Below are positions 20,080 to 31,143 of a stretch of 64,000 bases of DNA, piece by piece. The position numbers were made by a program, and so were the translations under genes. Each line of letters starts with the position of its first letter. Positions within the stretch are counted from its first letter, which is position 1. The notes beneath the pieces were generated by a model, which did no database searches, was not told where the DNA came from, and worked only from the letters and a program-made list of their open reading frames with translations. The DNA is from a virus: the IMG/VR virus record IMGVR_UViG_3300050015_000702. One strand, 5' to 3'.

Positions 20080-23000
20080 ATGAAAGCCCTTACAATATCA
20101 GAGAAGTTGAACTTCGAACGAACCGGTGCCCCCATTAAAAAAATGGGTATCGGCACACAAGTCGAAGATCAAAAGATTCTGGACGAAACCGATTGGGCTA
20201 TTGATCTAGAAAAACATGCTTTTCTATACGATATTGTTGTCTTGATAAGAGATTATAGAGGATACCCCATTCTTGTTTTAAAGAATAAGAGTCAGGGATC
20301 ATGGCAATTTCGTGCCATTTCAAGAGTTGGGGTTTTTGGGGATTATCAGCCAACACCAGAACAAGCTTTAATTAATCTGAAAAGAAGTATTGATAAAGAA
20401 ATACAAAAGGAAAATGATTCATGGAAAGAGTGGGAAAAGAATAAAGACAAAATGCGAGGAAAACCGCTAAAAGAAGATATAAATTTTGAACGAGGAGGAG
20501 AATCTCTAGACAAACTAAGAATTGGTAAGAAATATCAATGGGATATGACTAGCGAAGAACTAGCTATCCATATCATAGAAGACATTGAAGAAAAAGTAAA
20601 ACCCGTTATGGCTAAAATAGAATTAGCTGTAAAAAAAGCTGGATTTCGTTCTTTATCTGAATATAATAATTATGTTTTGGATCAATATGATAAGACGGAT
20701 TCGACTCCATCCACAATTCATGCATCTAAAGAAATAGATATTGCTGAAAAGGAACTTGAAGATCTTATTAAAATAGAAGTAGCAAAATATCCATTTAAAG
20801 AAGGTATTAATAATATTGGATTTGTTATAGGGGATTTGTTCAGTCTAATGCTTGAAGGCGGAGCTTTTATGACTCATGTTGATATAATTAAAGGATATTT
20901 GGACAAAACATATCTTAAAGAATCTCAAAACTTTGAAAGAGGCCAAGAACCTATTAAATCTCTTCAAATTGGTCAAATGGCTCTACGAATAAACAAATTT
21001 AAACAATTGGAAAAAGCACTAGAGGAACAATTTCCTGGATTTCTGAGAGAGCCTATAGTGGACGATGATAATTATATTAGAAAAAGTATACAAGTATCTC
21101 CGTATGTTCAAGGAGGTAGTGCCAAAGGAATAGTTAATCAGTGGTTGAGAAAGAATTTGCCCGAATTCCGAATTTCCAGATTGCAGGATGTTGGATACAT
21201 TAAACACGATGTTTATTCTATGGAGATTGAATGGAAATATGACAATCTTGAGGAATCTATTAACTTTGAAAGAGGGCAAGAACCCATTAAATCAATGGGG
21301 ATTGGTCAAACTTATTTAGATAAAAAACTTATACAAGAAATTGATTGGGGCTTGGCAGATAATTTTATGGAGGTTTATCGTCTAGGAACTTTTATAAGAA
21401 ATTATAAGGGATTTCCAATTTTAATTATTATTTCGGACGCTGTTGGCGGTATTATGGCCGTTACTTCAGATCCTGGCTTAAGAAGCGATTGGAAAAAAGC
21501 TGAAACAGAAGCTCTTCAAAGTATTAAAGGAAAAATAAATGCTCGTGATCAAAGAGAAAAAAGATTGATTAAACATAATACAATGAAGGAATCCGTTAAC
21601 TTTGAAAGAGGCGGGGATCCTATACGTTCTATGGATATTGGAATGTTCCATTTTGACGTTGAATTCTCGGGGGATATTGAGAATATGGAAGATGATGAAA
21701 GAGCTATAGCCAAGAGATGGAATTACAATGGAGTTAAAATTACTCACATTGAAGGTGAAGCCGATGAAGATAGTTCAGAATTGTATATCAATTTATCAGA
21801 CGGAGATTACATTGAATTTACACAGAAATCATGGACAGGTCCTTCTCATGATCCAAATAAAACAAATTATGCTAAAATATCTGTCAAAAATTCAGGTGTT
21901 AAAGATTTAAATGTATTTGATGAATGGTTAGAAGAACTTTCAGCTGGCTCAATTATTAGAGCTACCATGAGAATGTATGAAGATATTAAGGATGGCAAAA
22001 TGAAGACCCAAAACGAGTCTTTAGATTTTGAACGTCACGAAGATCCTTTTAAAGCTCTAAAGATTGGTAGAGAAGCTCAAGCTGAAAGTTTTAAAAAATT
22101 TATTGAAGACTATTTAAAATGGAATGGGGCTGAAATCATCATAAATGAAGATGGAAGCTTTACTTATTATTGTTATCCTGGCCAATCTGTAAGAAGAGAG
22201 ATTTTAGAAGCTATTCATGAATATGGGGAAGCCGGAAAATACAAAGTTAAAGCTATAGATCTTACATCTAGAGGAGATCCAGATGGAGAAGAACGTCACG
22301 AATATCTTATTAGTCCTAAAGCATCCAAAGCTAGAAAAGTAAACGAAAACGTTTATTTTCAGAGGGAAGGGGATCCATTGGATACTTTGCAAATTGGAGA
22401 TATTAAAGGAAGAAAAATTCAGCATGACAAAGAATTACTTTTCTCAACACTTCATGACATGGCGGATAAATTCGGGACAGGGATAGTTGAGGTTGTAACA
22501 AATAAAAAATCTACACAACTAGCTCCCGATGCTCAAATACTTCAAGCACAGTTCAAATCAAATAGTAAAATTACTTATGGTGCTTTTCTAGTATTTGAAG
22601 CTGGATTAGAAATTCCTCATTATGTGTATTATTTTAGAGAGGGAGAAGATGAAATAAAAACCTGGTGCAAAGATATAACAGCGGTCATTAATGAACTAGA
22701 AATGAAAGTAATCAGATTGGAATCTGTTACTGAAGCCGCTAATTTTACTCGAGTAGGAACCCCGCAAAAACAAATGTCAGTGGGTCAAACAGCAATTGAT
22801 AAAAACATCATAGACAATACTCCCTGGAATATCAATGAACTTGTTCCTAACTGGAGAGACGAATATCGTATTATAGAAGTTATTAGGGATTATAAAGGAG
22901 AGCCTATTTTGGTTTTGGAAAATCACAAGGCCGGAAATTTTTTGGCTATAGCTATAAGTCGTAGGTCTTTTCATCACGGGGACCCAAAAACAGCTTTAGC

Positions 23001-23397
23001 TGAACTAAAAGAATTCATTGATGAAGATCAAGAAGAGAATCTATTCGAAGCAGTACATTTTAATCGTGAAGGAACCCCACTTGAAAAAATGGATATCGGT
23101 AGTGAGGATCAAAGAGAAATTTCTAAGATGGATCGTTTTGCAAAAGAATTTAGCTTTGAAAAATCCGGTTTATCTGGAACAGAATATACTCCCGAAGATG
23201 GATACATTCCTATTCAAAAATGGATTGGTCCAAAAGGTCAATGGATTGTACTTGAAAAACAATTAGACGATAAACATACTCTTAAATATTGGGTAGCTTG
23301 GAAAGGATGGGAATGGGGAAAAGACAATGGTCTAGCAAGAAGTTTTACAGATAGTAGCAAGAATTGGGAATTTTATTTTAATTATCCTTTAGCCTAA
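20080..23397 (+). CDS. FER-tag polyprotein (9 tagged units of about 105-149 aa)
   Basis: Tag Glu codons at 20101, 20473, 20920, 21253, 21589, 22015, 22345, 22732, 23047. Confidence 0.85.
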   Translation: MKALTISEKLNFERTGAPIKKMGIGTQVEDQKILDETDWAIDLEKHAFLYDIVVLIRDYRGYPILVLKNKSQGSWQFRAISRVGVFGDYQPTPEQALINLKRSIDKEIQKENDSWKEWEKNKDKMRGKPLKEDINFERGGESLDKLRIGKKYQWDMTSEELAIHIIEDIEEKVKPVMAKIELAVKKAGFRSLSEYNNYVLDQYDKTDSTPSTIHASKEIDIAEKELEDLIKIEVAKYPFKEGINNIGFVIGDLFSLMLEGGAFMTHVDIIKGYLDKTYLKESQNFERGQEPIKSLQIGQMALRINKFKQLEKALEEQFPGFLREPIVDDDNYIRKSIQVSPYVQGGSAKGIVNQWLRKNLPEFRISRLQDVGYIKHDVYSMEIEWKYDNLEESINFERGQEPIKSMGIGQTYLDKKLIQEIDWGLADNFMEVYRLGTFIRNYKGFPILIIISDAVGGIMAVTSDPGLRSDWKKAETEALQSIKGKINARDQREKRLIKHNTMKESVNFERGGDPIRSMDIGMFHFDVEFSGDIENMEDDERAIAKRWNYNGVKITHIEGEADEDSSELYINLSDGDYIEFTQKSWTGPSHDPNKTNYAKISVKNSGVKDLNVFDEWLEELSAGSIIRATMRMYEDIKDGKMKTQNESLDFERHEDPFKALKIGREAQAESFKKFIEDYLKWNGAEIIINEDGSFTYYCYPGQSVRREILEAIHEYGEAGKYKVKAIDLTSRGDPDGEERHEYLISPKASKARKVNENVYFQREGDPLDTLQIGDIKGRKIQHDKELLFSTLHDMADKFGTGIVEVVTNKKSTQLAPDAQILQAQFKSNSKITYGAFLVFEAGLEIPHYVYYFREGEDEIKTWCKDITAVINELEMKVIRLESVTEAANFTRVGTPQKQMSVGQTAIDKNIIDNTPWNINELVPNWRDEYRIIEVIRDYKGEPILVLENHKAGNFLAIAISRRSFHHGDPKTALAELKEFIDEDQEENLFEAVHFNREGTPLEKMDIGSEDQREISKMDRFAKEFSFEKSGLSGTEYTPEDGYIPIQKWIGPKGQWIVLEKQLDDKHTLKYWVAWKGWEWGKDNGLARSFTDSSKNWEFYFNYPLA

Positions 23398-23727
23398 CCA
23401 ATCTAGCAATGGCATTCTTTTCCATTTTTGAACCTGCGGAACCCAAACATATAAATAATTTTCATCTACAGACAGATGCGTCCTCGAATCAATTGGAAGA
23501 CTTTCTGGACTCAAGTCCGGAACTAAATCCTGACCCGAATATTTTACTGCTGTAACATTTCTTTTTGCAGCATCTTCATCAAGTTTTAATTGAATCTCGT
23601 TACCCAATCTTTCAACAGTAATGACGTATGGTTTTCTCCAGTCGACACTATCTACCTGTATAACAGTATTTCCAACTGAAATTGTGGGGCAACCCTTATC
23701 TTCTCTAAAAAAACGTTCAAGTGACAT
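23389..23727 (-). CDS. small tail-associated protein
   Basis: C-terminal DENYLYVWVPQVQKWKRMPL resembles the end of 50176..52650 (DSSYLYVCTSTNKWGRVLL). Confidence 0.6.
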   Translation of the reverse strand: MSLERFFREDKGCPTISVGNTVIQVDSVDWRKPYVITVERLGNEIQLKLDEDAAKRNVTAVKYSGQDLVPDLSPESLPIDSRTHLSVDENYLYVWVPQVQKWKRMPLLDWLG

Positions 23728-23729
23728 GA

Positions 23730-25250
23730 TTAATTTGTTGCAACTGAAATAGATCTAGCTAAAAGAGCAGTTTTGGCAGTTAAGCCATCTCCAGTTGGAG
23801 CGGCATTACCAGTACCTGTAAGATTAATATTTCCATATTGAGGCCAGGAGGATACATTGGTACTTATATCAATTAAAAGTTGATTCACAACAGATTCTGT
23901 AAGTAAATTACTATCTAGATATAAAGCTCGTAATCTATACCACTCTGGGTGATACGTAAATGAAGTAAGTTTATTATTTGAGAGCTGAATTTGATAAATC
24001 ATTGTATTCTCCGGTTTTAATGGGGATGAAGTTATAAGATTATTAACAGCTATTAAATATTGCAAATTTGTAAGTTCAGCAGGAATATCCAAAGAAGTTA
24101 AACTATTCTCCGAAATAGTCAAATAGTATAATGGAGTCCATTCTGGCTTAACTGTAAAAGAGGATAAAGAAGCATCGTTTAATCCCAAATACGATAAATG
24201 GGTATACGCAGCAGGAACATCTACCATTCCTAGTTTATTGCTACCAAGATCCAAATTACTCATATTTGTCCATTCCGAGCGTAATTCCACAGATGTTAAA
24301 AAATTAGATGCTAAATACAATACGGTTAAATTTACCCATTCTGGATAAGAATTAAAAGAAGTTAGTGAGTTATAATATAAATACAGCTGAGTTAAATTTG
24401 CCCACGTTGAAGGGCAGGGAATCGTGTTTAATGTAGTATAATATATTTGAAGTGTATTCATTTGGATCCATTCTGGAGGGAGATAAAGTGTAGATATATC
24501 ATTAGAACCCAATGATAAATTTAGCATCTTTGATAATTCTGGTTTTCCAATAAAAGAATGTAACCCACATCCATCTAAAGCTAAATATTGTAAATTTACC
24601 CATTCTGGAAGAGTAGGATCAGTTCCGATAGGAGAATAATATAATTCCAGAGTATTTAGATTTATCCACTCTGGTTTTAATACAGGAGCAGTTAACTCAT
24701 AATTATATCCTAACCCCAAATAAGCTAAATTAGTCCATTCAGATTTTCCATCAAAAGAAGTTAAGTGGCAGCCATCCAAATTAAGATGAGATAAAGGCCA
24801 TTCGCTTTTAGTTGGAAAAGAGGTCAAAGGGCTCCAAGTAATATCCACATATTGCAAATTAGTAAATCCGTCTCCAATATCAATTGATTCCACTTGGGCA
24901 CTATTAAAAGCAATTTGGTTTAAATTAGTTCCATTTCGAAGGATTGCATATCTCATAGGATAGCCAGCGTTATCTAAATATGTTATTTGAGATATATCTT
25001 GAATAGTCCACTTATCCGGAGGCGTTCCTGAATAATCATGATACGGATAAGAAGAAGGTGCTACATTTTCAATAGTTCCATCTCCCCAGTTTACGTTTAA
25101 ATTTGAAGACCCAACAAAATTGAATCCAGCACTGGAATATCCATTTACCGTTCCAAATTCATTTGGCCAAGAAATAGGCGCAGGACCTCCATGATGAACA
25201 AAACTATGTCCTCGTTTCACAAATTGGTCTGTACGTTTTACAATTGACAT
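23730..25250 (-). CDS. leucine-rich-repeat protein with a PKD-like N-terminal domain (putative adhesin/receptor-binding protein)
   Basis: VNWGDGT; many ~22-aa repeats xPEWxNLxYLxLxxNxLTSF; start placed at the TAATG-coupled ATG 25250. Confidence 0.8.
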   Translation of the reverse strand: MSIVKRTDQFVKRGHSFVHHGGPAPISWPNEFGTVNGYSSAGFNFVGSSNLNVNWGDGTIENVAPSSYPYHDYSGTPPDKWTIQDISQITYLDNAGYPMRYAILRNGTNLNQIAFNSAQVESIDIGDGFTNLQYVDITWSPLTSFPTKSEWPLSHLNLDGCHLTSFDGKSEWTNLAYLGLGYNYELTAPVLKPEWINLNTLELYYSPIGTDPTLPEWVNLQYLALDGCGLHSFIGKPELSKMLNLSLGSNDISTLYLPPEWIQMNTLQIYYTTLNTIPCPSTWANLTQLYLYYNSLTSFNSYPEWVNLTVLYLASNFLTSVELRSEWTNMSNLDLGSNKLGMVDVPAAYTHLSYLGLNDASLSSFTVKPEWTPLYYLTISENSLTSLDIPAELTNLQYLIAVNNLITSSPLKPENTMIYQIQLSNNKLTSFTYHPEWYRLRALYLDSNLLTESVVNQLLIDISTNVSSWPQYGNINLTGTGNAAPTGDGLTAKTALLARSISVATN

Positions 25251-28200
25251 TATTGAACAGTTAAAAGTCCTTCCCAAACCTGGGATTTTATATTGCCGTA
25301 TTTATCATAAGCCTCAAGCTGAACATCAAAGACCCCAGCTTTATTAAAGATGAATGGAACTACTTTATTATAAACTTTGAAAATCATTCTCTTATCATCT
25401 GTATTTCTAACCGTCCAAATATTTCTCTGTTCAAGCATATAATCTGAAGGATCATACATCGAGCTAAAGATAACTAGCGTGCTGATGTCGACACTTATTG
25501 CTTGGGTGAATGGATAATAAGGTTTAGTAAGTAAGTTATCCGTAGACGGATCGTACCACTGTGCTATCGCGTAATCTTGATCAAACAATAGGTTTACAAA
25601 AACAAATGTGTTGTCTAAGTAGTATTCTGTGTGATGAGGATCATTCATGTAAAGATCGAAATTGTTATCGACCTCAGATGCTGTGGAAATATCTATCTGA
25701 AAATCCGCAAATGAAGAGAATGCATGTTTAGCAGATAAAGTGTATCTTGGATTTCCAATAACGAATTGTGGCAGGTTTCCTTGGAAAGTATGACGATAAG
25801 CACTAACATCTATAACTCTAAATGAACTTCCCCATCGGTATCCTGTTGAAAGATCATCAATAATAACCCCCACTAATTGATGGTCACTTCCATCAAGGAA
25901 TTCAGCAGCTGTAAATTGATAAGCTGAAATATCCAATGACATGGATTTTGTAGCAATATTATTAGAAGCATTGCTACAGAATCTTTCTGTATCATTTAAG
26001 ATATAAACTTCGGTGGAAGCTTCTTGTCCGATAAAATTAGGGGGAATCTGGTTTAAGGTTACAAATATTTCGCCAAACATTCCAAGAGAAGAAGGATCAG
26101 TAGTAATTAAAGCACTAACTTCTTGTAAGAATGAAAGAGAATGTTTGTCCCATTGAACCAATACGACGTTATCTCCATTATAGAATTTCTCAAAGTTCTG
26201 ATTAATAACTAAAGTAGAACCATCCAAGTTATAGCATTGCTCTGTTAAGTTATAAAAACGAGTAATATCCCCTGTATTTGGAACATCAATAAAATAAGAT
26301 AAAGAAGGAACGCTAATATATGGTATTCCTTGTAAATCATATTCTAAAGATAATCCTTCAAGAGGAATTTGACGATCAAATAATGGATAAAGGTTTTGAC
26401 TAATTAAAGTGCTCGCTTCATCTGGAGTTATAAAAGTACTTACATTCTGAATGGTTAAGAAATTATTCGTTGACATATCCAAATAGGAAAGTATTGTTGG
26501 AAATTTTTGCCAAACAGAATATGGTGTTTTTATATTATTGTTGAACAGGTTGTTTTGACTATCCCATCCATAAATCTCAATAGTATATGGTCCTGTGTGA
26601 TGAACATCAAGTTGGTAAACTCCATTATCAATTACCTTAGAAGAAGGTTCTTGATTCTTCATGGAATTCCAATAATATGCTGAAGGATCATAAATAGCTA
26701 AAGACATTCTAGGAGAATGATAAACAACATTATAAACTATCTGCTGCTCATTTAAGGATGTATCATAATTAAAGTTAATATAGTTTTCAATATCAATTAC
26801 TTCTCCCTTACTTCCCAGCATGCTAGAATCCATTGCAATTTTTCCATCAAGAATATCTAGAAAGTATTTCTTCGGAAAGTGAATAACATCGGAAGAAGCA
26901 TCGGTAAATTTATAGTTCTCCATTATTAAAAGAGGAACTTTATAAAATTTATCTACAGCATAAACTAGTTGAGAACTAACATCGGGAACAAAGGTCAAAT
27001 AGTCGTATGATTTCCACATGTGAACACCAGCCGAGTTATCCATCCAGTATCCTCCAATACATGGGTCGGAATAAATGCGGTATTCAATTGATTCAGTCCA
27101 GACATCGCTTTCGGTACTTCTTAAATAAGCTTTTTCTAGAATAATATCTAGCTTGGTTGAAACATCATAAAATATGGACGAAGAATCTAATATATTCAAA
27201 TAACGAATTTCATTTTCGATAATTAGAAGAGGATTCGTAACTAGATTATTTTGAATAGCTCCAGCATCAGTTTTAGAAACAGAAGCTTTCCATTGAATAT
27301 CATAAAGATCTTTTAAAGGAGTATTTGCAGAGTTGCCTACAAATATAGTCGATGGATCGTAATAAGATAACTTTGAAGCATCTGCAGGAGAGTAAGCTCC
27401 ATTGGAAGGATCCCAGTAATAAGAAACAAGATCCTGAAAACGAAGTGGCAAATTTTTGGGCGCTGTAATATGCAATTCTTTAAGAGTTAATAGCATACTA
27501 GCATCCCCGTAAACTAATTCGGAATCAGGATTGACTGTCATAGGACTTAAAGACTGAGTAAAATTAGCTACAGTTCCGTAGTTTTGGGTTGAATAAACTA
27601 TGCTTTTATATCTTTCAAAATAAACTCCTTCTCCGGTTATGTCAGTAATTCTGGCATTAACTCCGATGACCCATCTTTCGAGCCATTGTTTAAGCGAGTA
27701 TAATTTTACGAATATTTCATCGAGGTTATACGTGTAACAATTCTCGGTAATCGGTGTTCCATAATCATCGACTTGACCCGTCTCTCGTGTAATACAATAA
27801 ACCAGCGATAATTGATTTAACTTTTTAAGGTTTCTTCTTTCATCTGGAGTAAAGTACATGATAGTTTTTGTTCTATCGGCAGCTTCATAAGGAACAGTTA
27901 AAGATAATTTTGTGCCATCTTTAACATTGCTGAACCATTCTTTCACTTTAATATCTTCATATCCTAACCATTTGATCGCATTGATAAGAGCTTTATATGT
28001 GCCTATAAACGGCATAATCTTATCATGTTCAAGAATGATATGTTTTCCTTTTTGATTTAGTAATTGCCAATCCGGGAGATCTTCATTTATATCAGCTTCC
28101 TTAAATAATCTATGATTAGCTTTTGGTGAGGGTAGACCAAAATCTGTTATAAGCGTATCAAAACGTTCATCAGGTCCAATTGATTCGGCATTGCAAAGTA

Positions 28201-28933
28201 TTTCATAAAGTAGATAACGTTGTTCCCCTACTAAATGATAAACTCTTAGTTTTCTTTCAAAAACTCCTTCATCTTCAGCACGAAACCCAATATTAGCTAT
28301 TAATGGAAAATTTTCTAAATAAACGCTCACATCAACAACCACTTCGTCAGACCACTGAACAAGTTGAGTGGTCTCATCTACGGTAAATAGTTTTATTTCG
28401 GGGTCTCCGGCAGGATCCATAGAAAATATAAGAGTGGGATTTACAGTATCGTATGGACGAATCCATTTACTTCCATCTTTTTGTAAAAAGGATAAGTGTT
28501 CTGTTTCTACTAAACCCTGCGAAACAGGATCTAAAAATATAGCTGAAGTAAAAGTTACTGAAGGATATGTAAAAGCAGTACTAATATCCAAATTAGCTCC
28601 ACCTATAGCCAAAGAATTATGGCAAGATGGATTGCAAACATAAACGTATGTAAAATTAATAGAAGCTTCCTGTGAAGTTAAAATCCCCGGATCTGTTCCA
28701 AATGTATAGGATAGACTTACCTGAGTAGCAGCATCATATTCCCAGCCTGAATTCGTAATTTTAACTCCATCAGAACCATAAATAATCAAAGAACTAGGAT
28801 CGGTTATAGCATATCCTGAAGCTCCAATAGCATTCTGAGCTGTAGAAACAAATTGAAGATTTAAATATGAGTCAGCAAATAGGTTTAATGAGCTTCCTTT
28901 TTTATCGTAAACTTTCCAATTTTGGGTCTTCAT
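25250..28933 (-). CDS. large baseplate wedge protein (gp7-like core) with D-x-S-rich extensions
   Basis: FIGTYKALINAIKWLGYEDIKVKEW matches the gp7/P2-gpI-like GTxxAL motif; downstream of gp6; PKD-like C-terminus. Confidence 0.6.
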   Translation of the reverse strand: MKTQNWKVYDKKGSSLNLFADSYLNLQFVSTAQNAIGASGYAITDPSSLIIYGSDGVKITNSGWEYDAATQVSLSYTFGTDPGILTSQEASINFTYVYVCNPSCHNSLAIGGANLDISTAFTYPSVTFTSAIFLDPVSQGLVETEHLSFLQKDGSKWIRPYDTVNPTLIFSMDPAGDPEIKLFTVDETTQLVQWSDEVVVDVSVYLENFPLIANIGFRAEDEGVFERKLRVYHLVGEQRYLLYEILCNAESIGPDERFDTLITDFGLPSPKANHRLFKEADINEDLPDWQLLNQKGKHIILEHDKIMPFIGTYKALINAIKWLGYEDIKVKEWFSNVKDGTKLSLTVPYEAADRTKTIMYFTPDERRNLKKLNQLSLVYCITRETGQVDDYGTPITENCYTYNLDEIFVKLYSLKQWLERWVIGVNARITDITGEGVYFERYKSIVYSTQNYGTVANFTQSLSPMTVNPDSELVYGDASMLLTLKELHITAPKNLPLRFQDLVSYYWDPSNGAYSPADASKLSYYDPSTIFVGNSANTPLKDLYDIQWKASVSKTDAGAIQNNLVTNPLLIIENEIRYLNILDSSSIFYDVSTKLDIILEKAYLRSTESDVWTESIEYRIYSDPCIGGYWMDNSAGVHMWKSYDYLTFVPDVSSQLVYAVDKFYKVPLLIMENYKFTDASSDVIHFPKKYFLDILDGKIAMDSSMLGSKGEVIDIENYINFNYDTSLNEQQIVYNVVYHSPRMSLAIYDPSAYYWNSMKNQEPSSKVIDNGVYQLDVHHTGPYTIEIYGWDSQNNLFNNNIKTPYSVWQKFPTILSYLDMSTNNFLTIQNVSTFITPDEASTLISQNLYPLFDRQIPLEGLSLEYDLQGIPYISVPSLSYFIDVPNTGDITRFYNLTEQCYNLDGSTLVINQNFEKFYNGDNVVLVQWDKHSLSFLQEVSALITTDPSSLGMFGEIFVTLNQIPPNFIGQEASTEVYILNDTERFCSNASNNIATKSMSLDISAYQFTAAEFLDGSDHQLVGVIIDDLSTGYRWGSSFRVIDVSAYRHTFQGNLPQFVIGNPRYTLSAKHAFSSFADFQIDISTASEVDNNFDLYMNDPHHTEYYLDNTFVFVNLLFDQDYAIAQWYDPSTDNLLTKPYYPFTQAISVDISTLVIFSSMYDPSDYMLEQRNIWTVRNTDDKRMIFKVYNKVVPFIFNKAGVFDVQLEAYDKYGNIKSQVWEGLLTVQ

Positions 28934-28939
28934 ATTTAG

Positions 28940-29236
28940 TTAATTAATGTTCGTAGTATTTTTATCATGAGCAATGCTGAATGTCTTTTTGATAGACTTG
29001 ACGTTTTCCAATATAAAGTTTATCATAGCTTCAATTTGTGCTAATAAAGGCTGCTGAAGCGGGTTAGCCCATAATTCGGCTGAAGTCATTCTCTTTAGTA
29101 TTTTTCCTCGATAATCATATCCCAGATTTAAATAGCTGTCATTTAAATGACGAGCTGAATCCAAATATGATGGACGAACTAAATGTTTCTGAGAATTGCT
29201 ACTAATAGCGTTCTGTTTTTGTATTGCGTTTGCCAT
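28940..29236 (-). CDS. small baseplate-cluster hypothetical protein
   Basis: 98-aa ORF between the gp6-like and gp7-like genes. Confidence 0.7.
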   Translation of the reverse strand: MANAIQKQNAISSNSQKHLVRPSYLDSARHLNDSYLNLGYDYRGKILKRMTSAELWANPLQQPLLAQIEAMINFILENVKSIKKTFSIAHDKNTTNIN

Positions 29237-29244
29237 TGGTCAAA

Positions 29245-31143
29245 TTATATTGAACTTACTATGGTTTTGTTACTGTTTGAATTGAAATCAACTGGGGTAA
29301 TTCCTCTAAGCTGTATATTTACCGATGATAAACGGTCTTTTACAATGGAGTCATCATAGTAAATTCCATTTGAACTTTCAAATCCGCCACGAATGAGTGG
29401 ATACAGATCGCTTACAGGAACCTGATTACCAAATGCATCATTTACATATCTTACTAGGATAATATCCCCATAATCGTCAATTCCATAACCATTTCCATAA
29501 ATTGAGAAATTATCTTTAGAAGCATCAAACCAAACTGTTACAGAGTCAACACCATCAATAAGTTCTATAATTCTAACTAGATCTGATTGAGGAATTCTAT
29601 CCCTTCTAGTATTTTTTAAGAAGTAATCCGAAGTTTTGGAAACAATAGTTTCTCTGATATTGTTTAAATCGAATCCCTCATAGATGATAAGGGAAACATT
29701 TATAACAAATCTTGGGTATTTTATCTGCATGATAGCATTGTCGACCGTAATAATTCTTTGTCCACTTTCTTCTATAAGGTCCAATATTCCCAATTTTTCG
29801 TTATCTGTTAAAATAAAGGAGTCCAAACTACAGGTATAATAATTCTGATTTGCTGGGATACGTTTGTTTACATCTGGAACTAAATAGAGATATACTGTGT
29901 TGTCATCCTTCTTTTGTTCGGTAATAGCAGCTTGCCAAAAATAAACTTGTTGTTGAGCTGCATCAACTTGCGGTTTTAAAGCTATTGCTTGAGCCGATCC
30001 GGTTCCAACAGTAGATGCCAAATTTCTATATTGTTCACTTAAATTTTCATATGTTGTCTGAGCCTGATTGTATTTGTCAGCAGCATATCTGTCTTCAAAT
30101 GTAGCAAATCCAGGTACAGCATCCACAATAGTAAACATATTAAGCTTACGTAGGAAATAAATGTAATTAGTTGAATTTGCTAAAACAAAACTTCTTGAAG
30201 TGTGGGGTGCTAATAATCTTGTAAGGTAAAGGGGTTCTTCTTGAGTTCCAAATAAAACATCTTTCTGAATAACGACCTTTAGAATTTTATTGAGATCGAT
30301 CTCTTGACTATTTAAAGCATAACCTCGAGTTTCAAATTTCCAGTTTGTAAGTTGTTTTGCCTCGGCAGTTCTAATGTTACCAGTTTCCCCATCAGTTAAA
30401 AGGTATTCAACCAAAATGGTAGATCCTAAACGAGGAACTGCACCATTATATCCATTACCAAAGAAAATATCAATACCTCCAGTTTGACCTGTTTTAACCA
30501 TAACAGCTTGTTCATCAATAATCATGTCGAGAATACTGTCTCTGGTGGTCCATTTAACTCCATCAACATAAATATTCACAAAATAGTTATCGATGATAGA
30601 TCCTTTTTTAGCTTGGAAGTTAAAACTTTGTAAAGCATCTCCAGTACCAGAAGCTTGCTGATATTCAAGTTTACCTTGAACAATATTTACATCAACAAAG
30701 TTACTAATTGAAGTTAGGTCCAGCCTAACTTCTTGCCCCGGAAGAATAATGGTATAAGTTAAACCATTAATTGTAGAAGTTACTCTAGTATAATTTGGAA
30801 TAACTACTGTGTTGCCGTAAATATCAATTTTAGTTCCATTATAGATTAGACGAAGAGTTCCTCGTGCGGCCACTCCCCTAGAAGGATTATGCCCTGTAAG
30901 ACTCGCCAGACCCTTTACACTGTTGGGCCTTGTTGCAGTATTAATGTTAAGTTCCGTAATAGAATCCTCAACATAGTAAAGAATCATACGACCCAAACTT
31001 AAAACAACCTGAAGAATCTGCCCCATTGGAGAAGCCATCGTAAACGCCTGGCCTACATCATCATAAGATTGTTTTACAAAGTTAATCGCATCTTGAAATA
31101 ATTCAGTTAACCTAATTCTTGAAGTAGTTATGATGTCTGCCAT
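29245..31143 (-). CDS. baseplate wedge protein, T4 gp6-like
   Basis: NINTATRPNSVKGLASLTGHNPSRGVAA; DIFFGNGYNGAVP...ILVEYLLTDGETGN; follows the gp25-like gene. Confidence 0.85.
   Translation of the reverse strand: MADIITTSRIRLTELFQDAINFVKQSYDDVGQAFTMASPMGQILQVVLSLGRMILYYVEDSITELNINTATRPNSVKGLASLTGHNPSRGVAARGTLRLIYNGTKIDIYGNTVVIPNYTRVTSTINGLTYTIILPGQEVRLDLTSISNFVDVNIVQGKLEYQQASGTGDALQSFNFQAKKGSIIDNYFVNIYVDGVKWTTRDSILDMIIDEQAVMVKTGQTGGIDIFFGNGYNGAVPRLGSTILVEYLLTDGETGNIRTAEAKQLTNWKFETRGYALNSQEIDLNKILKVVIQKDVLFGTQEEPLYLTRLLAPHTSRSFVLANSTNYIYFLRKLNMFTIVDAVPGFATFEDRYAADKYNQAQTTYENLSEQYRNLASTVGTGSAQAIALKPQVDAAQQQVYFWQAAITEQKKDDNTVYLYLVPDVNKRIPANQNYYTCSLDSFILTDNEKLGILDLIEESGQRIITVDNAIMQIKYPRFVINVSLIIYEGFDLNNIRETIVSKTSDYFLKNTRRDRIPQSDLVRIIELIDGVDSVTVWFDASKDNFSIYGNGYGIDDYGDIILVRYVNDAFGNQVPVSDLYPLIRGGFESSNGIYYDDSIVKDRLSSVNIQLRGITPVDFNSNSNKTIVSSI

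Noticed and set aside
20080-23397. CRISPR array or DNA-level repeat array
   Set aside because: The repeats are degenerate, conserved mainly as protein, in frame and 315-447 nt apart; no cas genes
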